NCBI GenBank assembly: GCA_030765185.1
Contig: JAVCDE010000011.1
Location: 1 to 60,247 of the forward strand
Origin: Candidatus Aceula meridiana
Lineage (GTDB): Bacteria > Omnitrophota > Gorgyraeia > Zapsychrales > Aceulaceae
Direction of reading: 5' to 3'
Length of the DNA: 60,247 nucleotides
Made by a program: the position numbers and the translations under genes. Of the stretch, positions 27,501-42,500 are shown piece after piece. Numbering within the stretch: the first letter of the stretch is position 1; the number at the start of each line of letters is the position of its first letter. The notes beneath the pieces are model-generated. The model saw nothing but the letters and a program-made list of their open reading frames with translations, was not told where the DNA came from and did no database searches.

Positions 27501-30500
27501 GAGATTAATTGGATTACAAATATAAAAACGGGGTCTGACATCAATCTTGCCCAGGGTGAGATTGGGTTAGGGTTGACAGATATTTATTTTCAGGGTGAAA
27601 ATCCTGATGACCCCGAAGACTACTCTTTTGGCAAAACAAATTATCAGCCTACTTTTAGTAACGTTGTCTGGCTTAACAAAACGCTTTTTGAAACAGATAA
27701 AAAAGGAAAAATTAATCCTTATACCGGCATTCATTTCAGCAGTAATTTTTGGATTGGTGATTTTGATCATGCCTCTGGCGCTATTACGTTTGGCGAAAAT
27801 GGCCAGATTGTTGATGAGGAGAGCACATATGCCAAGGTATCTATGGGGAGGAACAAGAAATGGAGAATTAGTGCCCAAGCAGATGCCGCGGGCTTATCTG
27901 CCTATGGAGAGATTGAAAGATATAAGATTGCTGAATTGGTCAATCCAAATGCGGAAGATCCCGCGAAGCGATATGAAATTCATCTTCCTTCTCTTGAGAT
28001 GGAAGGGGTGACCGGCCGCCAAGAGGTTCTAGCTGAAGGAAAGCAAGTCACAACAGAAGAATTTGACGTTGAAAAGGCAGTTGTGACAAAAGATAAAGGC
28101 GCTCAACAAATGCTCGGCTTTAGGGTAACAACTCGCGATGGAGGCTCTATTTATGTTCCAGCGACTAAAGAAGGCGGAACCGGGGATGATTCAGGAGATT
28201 TTGATCCTGTTGAGAATTCGGTTGTTTTAAATCACGAAGGAATTGTAGATGGAAAAGGAACCAAAAATGGCCATCGGTGGAAATTAAACAAGGCTTCCGG
28301 AAATACCTATTTTGTTTTTACGCAGGGATTTAAATTTGACGAAGAAGGCAACCTTCAGAATGAAGGGGCTGTTGATGTAAGTTCTATTGCTTTAAAACAA
28401 GGAAAATGGCACAACGTTGACGCAACAACCATTAGCAAAAAAAAGATTAAAGACAGCAAAGGTAATCTGGTTGATCGAACGGTTGTGCATGTTGACAAAA
28501 CCCCTCATCTTATTGCTTACAGCTGGGGGGAAGAAGGTGGCCTTATAAATGAATCTTATATTGGACGAGACAGCAAGAAAGGAAACAAAAATTTTGTTTC
28601 TATCCCCGAAGGTAATGCGTTTATGCTTAAAGGCCTATTTTCGTCAACAGAACAATTAAGTGATTTTGTTTTGGCTTCAGAGGACTTTGAGGTTAAAGAT
28701 GAAGATGGCAATGTTGTTGGTGTTGAACTTTTAAAAACCCCGGGTGCGTTACGATATGGTAATAGTGAAACATGGACATATATGGAACAGAATAACGCGG
28801 GAGAATTCGTTATCCCTACGCAACAACTCGTCCTTTTAGGAGATAATATCCAGTTTAAGACTAAAGAATACGAGCGTACCATAGCGTATATGAGCTTTAA
28901 AGATTTTCTTGGAAACGAGAGCGAGGTTTTCGAAAATGGAAGCCTTGTTTCCGACATTGTTGTCTATGGGCAGTCTTTTAAAAAGGGAGTATCAAGGGAA
29001 GATGTTAAAAAAGCCCTTCCTTCTTTTGACGACAAAGGCCGTCTTACTGAAGATTTTGCGGCCTATGGCCATAATTATAAAAAAGGAGCTTTAAAGCAAG
29101 ACGTAGAAAAAGGCTTCCCTGGAAAAATAGTTTCAAGGCAGGATATAGAGCTACAAGAAAGCGAAGAAGGAGATGTCCTTGCAGCTGATGCAGACCAGGA
29201 ACAAGACAAAGTCGCTATTTTAAGTGATGAGATTAAGAAATCTTCGAAAAAAGCAAAATATCAGGATACTTTTGAAGATGGACAAATTGTTTATGGTGTT
29301 GAAGGGATGTCTTTTATCCCGTCGGGAATCCAGCATACTGTTTCTTCAGCGGGTGAAAAGAAAGAGCTAACCTCTGCTTCTAAGGTTCATGTTCGTCAGG
29401 ATTTTTACACCGATGGCATTGTCCACACTTCTGAGGCCGCAGACAAAGACAACACGATTAATTCTGTAGAAGGGTTTGCAGCAACTGTTCCGGCTACTGT
29501 TACTTTAGGGGCGGATGGCGTAACTGTTTCCTCACATGCTGAGGCGGTTGGTATGGGCTATGAGTTTGATAGCGTTATGGGTCAAGAGGACCGAATCGGT
29601 GATTTTGCTGAGACCGTAGTTCTTGCCCTACGTGATGGCCAACCTGCGGAGCAAAGCGAAGAGGATGTTGACAAGGCCTTGGAAGACGATGCTTCTGTTC
29701 CTCATCTTCAAGATAGCCCCTTTTTCTCTAACGAACTTTATTCGGCTTCCGATAGAACAGCTTCTTATTCCGGAGGTTTTAATAGAAATGCTCCTAAGCC
29801 TGACATTGTTTTTCCTGTTGCTTCAACTGGGTCCCCGCTATACAAAACTTGGGAAGGAAATATAGACATTAGTCCGGATACCGCGATTCTTTCTTCTTTG
29901 TCTAAAAATGAGGACGGAATTGTTACAAAAACATTTATTGGTGCCATGGGAGATCCTGACACAGCCAATCCTTCTATTGCGTACAGAGCTGATGGACAGG
30001 TTGAAGGGGCTATCAGCCTTCAGGAGCAAACAACAACAAATGATGACGGGTGGTTTACTGTTGAGGAGAATGGCGTTGAAGTTAAACAAAGAGTCATTCC
30101 GATGGTAATGACTCAAAAGAAAGAAGAAGGAAAATGGGAGTGGAAACGGGATACAAGCCGAAGATGGCATTTTAACGGAGGATATGTTAAAGAAAATTAT
30201 AAAGGTGCTAAGAAGCTCTCTGAAACTTCTCTTCAGCCGCGATGGAAGTCCATAAGCGCAAGTGAGTTAGGTCAATTTTTTGATTCAGAAGGTAATCTCA
30301 CTAACGATATCAGCATTTATGGCGTTGATTATAAAAAAGGAATGTCAATAGAAGAATTTGATGATATTTCTGCGAAAGAAATTGCTACTTTAAAAAAGAC
30401 AGGTTTTGATTTTAGCGCGAATCCTAACACGTTTCTTGTGTCAGTCATGACAAAAATTAATGATCTTCCTATATCTGCTGATATTACTTTTCAGGACGAT

Positions 30501-33500
30501 ACGTATAATCTTGGCATGGCTCGTCCGGGGATCCGAGAAAAAATAGAGCCTACAACCCTGAATATTCTTGACATGATGTTTGGTCGTGATGGCATATTAG
30601 ATGAAGATGTCAACATTTATGGCATTAGGTATAAAAAAGGAATGTCGGAAGGTGACCTTATTGAAGCCCTTTCAAAGGACCTTAAACAATCTTTTTCTCC
30701 AGATTCGCAGAATTCGCAAGGGGCAGAAGAGACGATGTCATTTCAAAGAGCTTCTGATGTCATCCGTGCTAGGGTTAGCAATGAGGGATGGAACGAACGA
30801 TTTCAAGGAGATCCTCAGGTTGTGTATGTAGTTAAGAAAAAAGAGTTATCTCGAGACGATGTTAGGGAAGCTATCTATGGGTACAGAGTTGAAGGGAAAG
30901 ATTTTAAAAAGTATGGAGAACTTATGCGTAAGTTTATCACGCCTGATCCTAAGGAGGTAGCCGATGAGTCCAATCAGGTAGGAGATAATGGCCAAGCAGC
31001 GCTGCCGAGCGTTTATAATTATATAGGGAACAATACCATTTTAGCCAAAGCCGGGATTTCTTCTGATAAAGGGAAGTTTTTCTTTTCTCCTACTGTTGAT
31101 TATTTGGATAAATCTGCTGAAATGAGAAATATGCATGGAACAGAGATGTTCGTGCATGAAGGCAAGAGCCTAAGGCTTGTTACTCCAAAAATGGAACGTT
31201 TGAATTCGAAGCCGAAAATAGGATTCTTTAAGAAGTTAGGAGATGGCGCTGATGCTGCAGAACATAGAGCTTATGCACTTGGCTTCCTTTCACTCACTGG
31301 AGGAACCTGGGTTCTTAGGCAATTTAGCGGAGGCTTGAATTTTGCTACAGGCGGAAGGATTAAGGCACTTCAGGATGCAGATAGCTTTTTGATACGACTG
31401 ATAAACCATTCTTGGAGCCAAACAAAATATCAGGATGTTGTTGCCGATAATTTTTCTTCGTCTGAGGCGGTGGGCATTGGATTCAGAAGAAGCGCTAGCG
31501 AAGAAAGACGAATAATGATGGATCAGGAGAAATTATTTGTTGAGAACACTTTTGGCACAAGTGATATTGCTAAATGGATGTATTTTTCTAATTTTGCTGA
31601 ACAGAAAGTTGACTTTCTTCAGGGAGCCAAGCCATTTTACCTGGAAGTTCAAAAAGGTAAAAACTTACGTAAAGCAGGGCAAACAGGCCAAGGGGTTTTT
31701 TGGACAGGTGTTGGCGTAGCTGGAGAGCTTGGGCAGTTTGCCCTTGAGATGACTCTCGGAAGCCGCCTGATCAAGGGCGTCGTATCTGGTGGAAAAGTGT
31801 TATTTGGTGGGGCAAAAGTTTTGAATTCTCCTGCAGCTATAAGATCTATTTCTTTTGCAAAAAACTTGCTTGGCAAGGGAGGAAAGGCTTCAAGATTACA
31901 AAATGCCATTTTTGAAAAGATTGGATCATTGGTCACTAAAAAAGTGGCATATCAAGCTGTAGCAGGAGAACTCCTTACCTATGGCGTAATCGGCGCAGGC
32001 GTTAACCCTGCTTTGAATCCGAAAAACGGCGGTTATAGCAATTGGAAGAATTATGCAACTGGTTTTGGCATGGGCGTAGCTGCGCCTTTAGTGTTGAGAG
32101 GGGCTGGCGCAGTTTTCAAAGGCGCTAACCGGCTGATGAGCGGAGAATTGATAGGCAATAAAGCTTATCAACAGCTCGCTCGGTTTGTCGTTAAGAATGG
32201 GTTGAAAAATAATCAATTGGCTAGATTTGCACTCGGGGCAGCAAAAGAGGGAGCAAAACTTGGTTTGCGAGTTAGTGGGCGCAATTTTTATCTTGCGACA
32301 TCCACCGTTGCATCTTGGGCTACCGATGGTGCTAATGGGGCAAAAGCAGAAAAAGACACGACCATGTGGGATGCCTTTAAAGGTATTTATAAAACAGGAG
32401 GCCGTGAGATTTTATCTGGAGCTGGGAAGTTTGGAAATTGGGTTGGGATTGAGAATTCCATAGAAAAGAATATTGGGCTCAATCGTCAGAGGGAAAGAGG
32501 ATTATTTGATCACACTATTACGGGAATGGCGGGAACTAATTTTGCGCCTCTTGCTTTCTTCTCGTCTTTTGCTCTTCAAGCATTGGATAGTTATCTGACT
32601 GTACGCTCTGGGGCTATTATAGTTAGCGCGTTCGGCAATCCTATGGAAACTCTACGCGCTGCTCTTGAGCTTCCAGGCATTGTTACGGATAGAGCTAAAG
32701 ATGCTATTAATGGACCTCCTGAAAAAGCCGGATGGGCTCAGTTTGGACGTATTGCTGGTTCGCTTTATGGGTTCTCAAAAGGTGCTAAGGGCCTTGGCGA
32801 AGCAAGCATGAATCATAAGGGATTGCTGAATCCAAAAACTCAGCCTCTCAAGCAGGCTATGCAGCGTGTGCGCGACAAAGGCGTGTGGCACAAGAATACA
32901 AGAACATCAAAGTGGGGAGCAAAAAATACCGTAAGCCTTAAGTTTAAAAAAGGAAAGCTATTGGAGACTTTTGGTTACCGTCGTGCGCTTTTTACTGTGG
33001 AAACTATGAACATGGCGAGTAATTTTCAACTTATCAATACAGCCTTTAGCCTTTTGTATCCAACATTGCAGGCAGGAGGGGGAACGGGCGGAAGATTTGA
33101 TGCTATTCAGTCTTCGGCGTCTCAAATTGCCTATACTCCTGAGGAAATTGCCCGCTCAACTATCGGTATCGCTGTCACCTGGACAGCTTTGAGCGGCGGT
33201 CTAAAAAGCGTTAATCGACGCATAAATAACTATGTAACAAAGGGTAGCGCTCCGGAATGGATGAAGAAAGCAAACAATTATGCTATTGGGAACTATCGCA
33301 CAGTATCTAAAATTACAGGAAAAAATTATAGAATTACTGGAAAAGCCATAACGCCTACAGTTAAATTAGGTTTAGGAGCTGGCATGTACATTCTTGGTAC
33401 GGACACTGAAATTTTTGGTTGGAAAAGCGGTTTAAATTTAAAAGGAACACTGGGCGGCAATCTTATGGCCAACGCAGGGCTTTTAATTGCCGGCACGGGC

Positions 33501-36500
33501 GTTAAAGCAGGATTGAAAAATTTTAGAGGTTCTCAGTTTGCAAAAGGTGTGACAGAGAAATTAAGGCCACAAAAGATGGATGGCGTCTGGCGTATAGGAG
33601 GGAAATTTGACAAAGCAACTAAAACTTTTAAAGGCGGAATAAAGGCCCGATGGATCAGCAACGGTATTACAGAGGCAACTGCGACTACTTTTAAGGAAAA
33701 ATTCAATAAATTCTTTACTCCTGATATTAGCCCTGCAACCCAAGGCGGAGCTCCTCTGGTTAAAATGAAAATAAAATATAATGCTGGACTTTATGCGGTT
33801 GGAGCCGGTGCCGGTGTTTTAACAGGATATATTAGAAATAAAGATAATGAGAATTTTAACAAATGGGATCTCGCGATGTGGGCTCTAGGTGGTATGGTAG
33901 CTACAAAAGCTGTAAAGAAAGCTCCTCAGATTGTTTCTGGTTTAGCTGATGTGGCTGCCACAGGTGCGATTGTTTATGGAACCAAAAAAGCAATTGTTGA
34001 TCCAATGCTTGCTGGCTTTGAGAACTGGATGGGTCATCGTGAGAGAGACAAAGATGTTAAAATCTCAACATATGTTGAAGCCTCAACACCTCATCTTTTT
34101 GACTTGTATGATGTTTTAGATAGCAAAGGACACAAAATTGATGAAGTGAAATCTACTAAAGATCTTAGTAGTCTTGTAGAAAATGGCAAGCTTACTAAAG
34201 CGATCTATATCAATGGAAAAGAATATGCCGCAGGAACTAAAGTTAACGAGTCCATGGCAGCAGCCGCATCAAAACACGAAGCGCTTTATAAAACAGGCAA
34301 GAATGTTCAAACAAATGATTGGGCTTCTGCGCTTGCTCTAGGGGTTTTCTTCCAAGGAGGCCAGAAATTCTTTAAAACACGAAATGATTTATTACGCAAG
34401 GGAAGAGCATATGAACAAGTCGGCAAGGGAGCTATAGGTGGCGCAAAGGAAGCTCTTAAGACAGAAGCCGTTAAAAGATTTGGAAAGCTTTTAAAGCGCG
34501 CAGAGCATCATTCCGGAAGATACAATGCTTATGTTGCTGCCGGCGGCGCAGGAGCATATGCTGCATCCTTTTTTGTCGGCGATGATACAGAAGTCGTAAA
34601 AGGCGTAAGGCTTAAACCGGTTATGCAGGCTGTAGGAGCTACGCTTTTTGCAACAGGTGTAGCTGGTTTAGCAGCTAGAGGTTTAGCCTCTCGCAAGGGT
34701 GTTAGTCTGGGAAGCAAGAAGTCTCTTTTGAAATTCTCACAGTTTACTGCTAAAGCAGGATCAGCGGCAAGCCGGTTTTTAGGAAAAGATTTAATCTTTG
34801 ACAGTGCTGTTAACATGGCTATGGTCATTGCCCCATTGCATGGCGTTATAACCGTATCCTCTTATTTTGGAAAAGAAATTATGTCGAAATCTGCTTCTTC
34901 TGGCATTGAAAAAACAATTTGGGATAGCACCGTTGGCGCATTCTATACCACAGAAAATGATGCTTTGGCCCAGAATATTGACGCCTATAAGCAAGGCGGA
35001 GCTGCTAAAGACATGATGCGTTCAACTGTCTCAGAATATAGTGACTTAAATAATTATAAGGGGATGCAGCGTGCTTTAAAATACGTAGAGCGTTCTCTTT
35101 TTGTTGGACTCGGCGCTGGCGAAGATGGCACAACAAAGATTAAATCTATTTCTGATCTTGTTGATGCTGTAAGAGAGAGAAGGGCAGGCCGTCTTAAAGC
35201 TTCGGGTAGCCAAGGAACAAGCCGAGAAAAGATTGGTGACTTTGTTAATATTCTTTTGACAGATGTTCTTAGCGACACTAATAAATCTTTCGCTGTTAGC
35301 CTTAACCTTTTAAGTCCTCTAGCTCAAGGTGTTCTTCCTGAAATTAGAGTAGTAAACTTTGGGCATCATTTTAAAGCAACAGCTGAGGCTTTCGAATCTT
35401 TATCTCCTAGCGCTTTAAAGCAAGCCGCTAAATCAAAGCATACTAATTTTCATAGCTGGTTTAGAAATACAGTCAGAAATAAAATTTCGATGGCTGTTAA
35501 CGGTACTCGTGAAGAAGTTTTCGATGAAAACATTACAGGGGCCGCTATCAGCCTTTTGCCATTAGGTGCTCAAACCCAAGAAGTTCTTCAAGAAATTGTT
35601 AACAACGGCCCGGGCTTTAACATGAATAAGTATCAGAGTGGCAAGGGCCTTATTGATGCTTTGCGCATTAATAATGGATGCATTCTTGAGATTAGAGCAG
35701 CCAAAGGTCAATCATTTAGCGACAAGCAGCAAGATCAGATTGCTACATTGGAAGGTAAAAGTTACAAGGATCTCGTTAGTGATGTGAAGAGTCTTGATAT
35801 TTTGAATGAATTAAAACAAAAAACAGAAATTGTTATTGGCTTTTCACGCTCAGGAGAAGTTCCTGTTTTTCAAGCAGCTCCAGCGGGGGTTCCTGCCTTC
35901 GCTTCTGTATCTAATCACGACGTCGAAGTTGTTTACGAGGTTGGCAACAAAGAAGAATGGGGCGAAGATTTAAATGTTGAAAGAATAAGCGCTTCTGTAG
36001 AGAATCAATTTGAAAAGAAAGGTTATTCACAGAAACAAAAACAAGAAGTTGCTTACCGTGCTTTAAGAATAGGAAATTTGTCTAAAAATAGACGAAAGGC
36101 TTTTGAAAATATTTTAATTAATACTCTTGATGTCAATAGTGGTGCCGATATGAAGATTGCTGCCCTTGTAGGGGTGAGCGGTCACGATAGAGTTAAGCTG
36201 TCGCCGAAAATCGAGGTTAACGGTAAGATGATAGAGATAGCAATCTCCGTTAGCATGGAAGCTATCCTTAACCGTCGTGCTGTTGATAAGCAATTCGACG
36301 ATGCTGTTCGCAGCGCTCAAAAAGAATTAGGCCTCTATAGTCAAACATTTTCTATGAAGCCAGGAGAAGAGATTAGAAGCCAAAGCGGCTTGTTATCATT
36401 TAAGCTAGATCGAAATATAGAAAAAGCACAAGAAAAGAAAGGCGAGGTTGATCGTTCTCAAAAAACACAAGAGATGTTCCCTGCGTATTATACCGCCTCT

Positions 36501-39500
36501 ATCAAATCTGCCGATGCCATGGTAGATCAGATGCGAACAGGTGAATATCATCATGAAATTCGTGCTTATACTGCTCAGGGTATCATGGAGGATATTTCTA
36601 AGGATATGGCCAGCGCTCAAGGCCAGTATCTTGCGTTTAAGGCTGCAGGAGAGGACAAGGATAAAGATGCAGGACTTGGGTATCATATAGCTGGTTTGTT
36701 TGGTTTGGGTGTTAAAGGACAACAAATTAGAAATGTTGTGAGGGAAGAGCGGAGAACCGAGCTTAAAGAAATATTAGACGACAAGAGAAATGAATTAAAG
36801 TATGACCTTGAAGATAAGAGAATCAGCCAGGAAAAATATGATTCCGGACTTAAGGGTGTTGAGAAACAAGAAAAGAAGCTTGAGACTAAGATTGCAAAAC
36901 AAAAAATATCTATTGTTGATTATTATATGTCATTAGGAGGCCTTAACAAACAATATAAAAAATGGTTTACAAATCAAAGAGGCCTTGAAACAGGAGCTGA
37001 GCAGGGGTTCAGCGCTTATAGCGGTGCTGTCTATGCAAAGGATGCAATTAAAAAGATCGTTGCGTCTGGTGAAATGACAAAAGACGAAGCTCAAGTAAAG
37101 TTTGCTAATGTTTTTAAAGAGCTAGGTGTTTTAGGAAAAACAGATGCCTATGGCGCAAAAGCAGTTACACTCGCTTTGCATCCTGTTTTATCTTATAAAG
37201 CGGCAAAAGATGGTGGATACCAAGGTGTTTATCAAGATTTAGCTAAGCGTGGTATTGCAATTGCTGAAAAGGAAACTGGAGAAAAACTTGATGGAGCAGA
37301 AATTGTTTTAAAACGTCAAGTGCGAAACTTTAAGACTAAGAATATGGTCACAGCCCAAGCACAAGGTGGCAACGAAGTTTGGGTGGATTCTCATGCAAAT
37401 ATCAATTTTAATGTAGGCTTTGATTCTAATAACAACCAAGTTGTTTCTGTTGCGCCAAATGCAACTGGTGAATATAACGCCGGCGAAGGTGCTCATGAAT
37501 TTATCCATTTAGGTGTTCAATCAGCATGGAAGAACAATCAAGGGGATGATAAGTATGGGCGAAAAGGCACAGAATTAAGAAAAGCTGCCCAAGAGTTAGC
37601 AGATGTTCGTTATGGGGGAGACCTTAGTAAAGTTGACTTAAGACTGGACGAAATGGGCGATAATGAAGTTATTACAATGTATCGAAGTGGAATTCTTGGG
37701 TTTAAGGCAATGAAAGACAGGCCAGAGTTGCTAACAGAAATTGATGATTCAATGATGACGCTTGCTTACGACTTAAATCATCATTTTAATCCTTCTAGCT
37801 TGGGAACAAATAATGGCTTGTCTGATTTACTATCTTTAAGCAAGACGGGCGGCAAAGCAAATGAAACTATGATAGCAAATGTTGAATGGGTTTACGGAAA
37901 CGAGGCCGGACGCCGAAACCAAGCTTTGGATAATCAGGTTGTTGAAGGAAACGAAATCTTTAACGAAACAGTGCAAGAAATTTCCAATAAAGATCTTTCA
38001 GGACAAAGCACAACTCAAATTGCCAAGCTTTATACAGAGACGTTTAATCGCATTGCTGAGGCCAAAGGAAGCAATCTTAGAGACGATCCTCGCTTAACAT
38101 CAGTTGCAAGCGGCTTAGATATTTCTACTCCGGAGTATCAGCCAGAGAATACCGGAAGTTTTGTTTTTAAAGGTCAAAATATTACAATTAACGCTTCTAT
38201 CCAAGCACCGACAGCTTCTTTAGAAATTGGTGGAGATGCTGTTGACATGGGATATGAAAATTATAACTTTGCAACAACTTGGCATCTTGGCCAGACTGTA
38301 GATCTTGCTCAACAGCAAAACGAGATTAATCAATCTGCAAAGATTATCGCAGAAGAAGAAAAGCAAAATCAGGTAACCTTTATTGATCCAGCAACGCAGA
38401 AGCCTGTTGTTTCTCAAGCCGGAACCCGCACGAACACTGTTAACTCTTGGGTAAAGCAACAGAGCGGGACAAATCAAGAAAAAAGAAGCAAGGCCGCACG
38501 ATTAGCGATGGCTATTGCTCGTGAAAAGGTTAAAACAGGCGATATCGAAACTTGGGAAGAATTTGGAAATGAAATGCGAAGCGTGATTGAAGAAGCTGGA
38601 TATGGCAACGATGGATTCTGGCATGCGAGAAAGAATATTGTATCCGGCAAAGAAGTGGGACCGATTAGTTTTGGTCAGCATCATGACGGCAGAGAGCTAA
38701 AGGGACTGATTCGTCAGGGAGACGTTGTTAGTCTTAGGCCGTTTATGCGTGTTCCAAGCGGCGTCGGATCTGTTGAAGCCAAGACATTTGTTATGGAAAG
38801 TGTTCCAAGATTCGTTTCTGACACAAACAGTGATATTGTCAAAACACAAGATTTTAACAAAATGATTGAAAACGGACAATACGATCAGGCAATCGATCTT
38901 TTTGAACAATCAGAGAAGAATTTTGGTAAGAGCATTGATAAAAAAGAAGTTAAAGCCAAGCTTTATTCAGACATTATTGAAGATTTGGTGAAGCCTGAGA
39001 AGTTAAAAACAAAAAATTATGATTCAGCTCCGTATGATCAGGCTGTTGCGTTTGTTCACAGAGCCAATAAAGATTTTGGCGATAAGATGTTTGACATCAA
39101 CAGCGCTGAAACAAGCATCTATACGATGCAAGTAAATCATTTAAGAGAAGAGAAGACTAAAACATCTACAACACAGCATGATCAAAAAATTATAGATCTT
39201 GATCAAAAAATTAGCCAGATTGCAGGACAAAAGTATGATGCAAAAATAACGCAAGTTAAGAATTTGAGCTTTGAAAGAGATCATTGGATTAGAGAAGGTA
39301 AATATAGCAAAGCTGTTCAGGCTGTTGAAGGACTCGGTAAAGTCCTAGGAGACGCTTTTAATGTTCCACAAGCTACTGCTCAAATTTATATCACGCATGC
39401 CGTTAAACTAGAAGGAGCAAAGATGTTTGGCGCTGCTGAGAAAGAAAGAAAGAGGGCCTACAAGGCTCTTGGCATTCCAGAAGCCGAACAATCTGATATC

Positions 39501-42500
39501 TTAAAATTGCACAAACAAGCCAGAGAGTTTCATGAGAACAACGAGCATAAAAAAGCAAAAAAGACGCTTGTTAAAGCAAATAAGATTGAGGAGAAATGGC
39601 TTAAAAGAGTAGCTCAAAAACAAGAAGGAATTTATGATAAATTTGGAAAAGCAGGGGGGGATGAAACTGACGGGGAAGTAATCAGCACTTTAAGCGCAGT
39701 TCCAAAGCTCAGAGATCAATTTGCTAAAACAATTGTAAACAGCGTCCCATCTTCTGTTAAAAAACCTCGCGTTTTGTCTATTGGTTTGGGAACTGGTACT
39801 TTTGAAAAGAAATGGCTAATGGACAAGCACGGATTTGATGTTACAGGTCTGGAGTACAATACTGGTTTGGCAAAAACAGCCAACAACAATGGTGTTAAGA
39901 CAATACAGGGAGACGGAAACCAGCCTCTTCCATTTGCGAATGAGTCTTTTGATGTGGCTATTTTTCCAGAGAGTATTGAACATTTAAGCCCAGAATCGTT
40001 CAAAGAGGTTAATCGTGTTTTAACGCCAAGCGGAAAGATTGTAGCGGCTGAAGTTCTTTCTGAAAATAATACTGAGGGAAGAATTGTTAAGGATATTTTA
40101 ACGAGAAAAGAAGTAACAAACGATTATTTAAAGAAATATGGTTTCAAAAATGTAAAAGCAAAAACGGCATCGGGTAGAGCGCAAGGAGCTTTCGGAAAAA
40201 GAGATATCACGATCATTGAAGCCACAAAGGTCTCTTCGAGTGCAATAGCCTCGGAGCCAACCCGTGCACCGCCGACGAGATGGCAAAGAGTGCAAAGATT
40301 TGTTAACAATAACGTTTCTCCAAAGAGCGGGGCAGGAACCTTCTTAACCGCACTTGCCTTTACTTTCGGCCTTGCTCAAAACACACAAGCACAAGATAAT
40401 ACTCAACAAGTTTTGCCAGCCATGGCACCTGCTGCTACACAAATTTCTGTAGCAGAAAACCAGCTTTCATCAATTAATGAAGGAAATATATATTCTGTAA
40501 CACCTCAAGACCTTGAGCAAGAGCTTCAAGCAGATCCTGTTATGACTGTTCCTCAAACGTTAGCTCCAGTTGTTGCTCCAGCACTTTCGACTATTTCGGT
40601 AATCGGACCACTATCGCAAACGACAACAACTAATGTCTCTATTCCAGCCATCGCAAAAACCTCGTCGGCAAGTTCAAACGCTATTGCTAAGGCAATAGAA
40701 TCCAAAGACGCCGAAAAGTTTGTTCAGGCGCTTAAACAAGATAGCTTAGGAACGGCAAGGAAGGTCGAAGATTTTTATGTTGTCGATGACAAAACTTTAG
40801 GAGCTCTCTCAGGATATGATGCTTTGGATATAACGCCAAACGAAAGCACAGCATTCCATATCGCAGACCAGGTCTTTATCACGAAATCAGCCTATGAACA
40901 AATGAGCCAGGGAAATAATGAAAGTCATTTTTCTGTTGAACGCGAAAAAGCACGCATGGAAAAACATGCACTTTCTGACTATCAAGATTATCAAGATGGT
41001 GACGAATGGGCAACGGCAGAATTATATGCAGGATTTAAAGCTGCTGTGAATGTTTTTGGGATTGAGCAGATACAGACACATAAAGAAAACATTTATAAAG
41101 CGATGGAACGGTCTATTGATTCGTTTTCAGGGGATAAATCTTCTAAGGATTATTACAAATTCCAAATACGAGGCGCTGTTGATATTATAGCCCAGAATTT
41201 AAGTGAAGGCAGCGTAAGCGAACGCGCGAGATATTACGAATATTTAAAGAATACGAAAAGTTTAGAAGAAGCCTTAGGAAGCTATTCTAATTATGAAGGC
41301 CTAAGGAAGTTTTATTCGAAGTCTGGGCATGTCGGCGATATCAGTTTCGCGCAGGCGACTCATCGGACTTATGAAAAGTTTAATGAAGAATATGACAAGG
41401 GCCAAGCAACGGCATCCGTTTACCAGGGCAGGTCTCAACAAGAAATCCTTAACGAACTTTCCAAGCAATCACCGGCGGAGATGGCGGCAAAGGTTTACGA
41501 TATATCTAATCCTTTTGCACGTCTCAAAATTAATTCTAACGATCTTGGCGCAGTTTTACAGAAGAGAGATAAAGGTTTCCAACAAGAGTTCTTAAATGCG
41601 ATGGAGACGATTATTTTAAAAGATGTTTCTGCCGGGCTAGAGGTTTTTGATAATCCTCTCGATGTTTTTCAAAGTGATGTTTCTTTGGGAAGGTTCTATA
41701 TCCAAGATACTCTTGGTCTTGAAGCCTTGAGCACAAAGAATTCTTCATCATTCTTAAATACGCCTGCCGTTGATATTTTCAACAATCTTAAAGGGCAGCT
41801 TGATTTTCAACCGATTGTGAGCCAGCGATTATCTCTAGCTGCGCCGAAGGTCAATCAGCTTTATCAAGATGTACTAAAGAAATCTCCGAATCTTTTGATT
41901 TCTAGCGAATTCTTAAGGAACGAAGATAATCAACAGATGGAAGAGGAAATGACAGCGTATAGCGGCTATCTGTTTAAAACAAATGTGCTTCAAAAGATTT
42001 TAACGTTTGCCTCCGAAGCGAAATCAGATGCACAGTATCAAAATCAAGTTGACCAGTATTTATCACAAGGATCTCAGGCAATAGAACAGTGGAAGCCTGA
42101 AATTGCAGAGCTAGTTCAAAGATTAAAGAATGGAAGAACGGGCCTCAAAGATCTTAATCTTGTTGTGACGGAAAGACTAAGACAGAGAATTTTAACCGCA
42201 GTCTTTAATGCGGCTGGAATAGGAGGCCCGGAAGCGATAGACGAAAAAGAAGAATTTTCATATTATCTCTCGGCTATTAAAAAGGGTATGGTTCGGCCGC
42301 TTGTGTGGGATCAAATATCTGTGGCTAAAGAATCCGGCGAAAAAGTGTTTTTAGGCGAAGAATTATTTAAAAACAGAATTCAGTATGAAAAGGGAAAGGT
42401 GGACTCTAGGCCTAAAGCGGTTGTTGTGGCATCGACAAATGATGCAGGAGGTACTTTCTTCCAATACGATACATTGCAAGAACTTGTCCGGTCAGGGTTT

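Noticed and set aside
38690-38800. FHA-like domain (ELKGLIRQGDVVSL)
   Set aside because: Only the last strand resembles FHA; the GR, SxxH and NGT motifs are absent.
40900-41040. Second metallopeptidase (VEREKARM...AELYA)
   Set aside because: No His ligands; at best a degenerate zincin and not supportable by eye.
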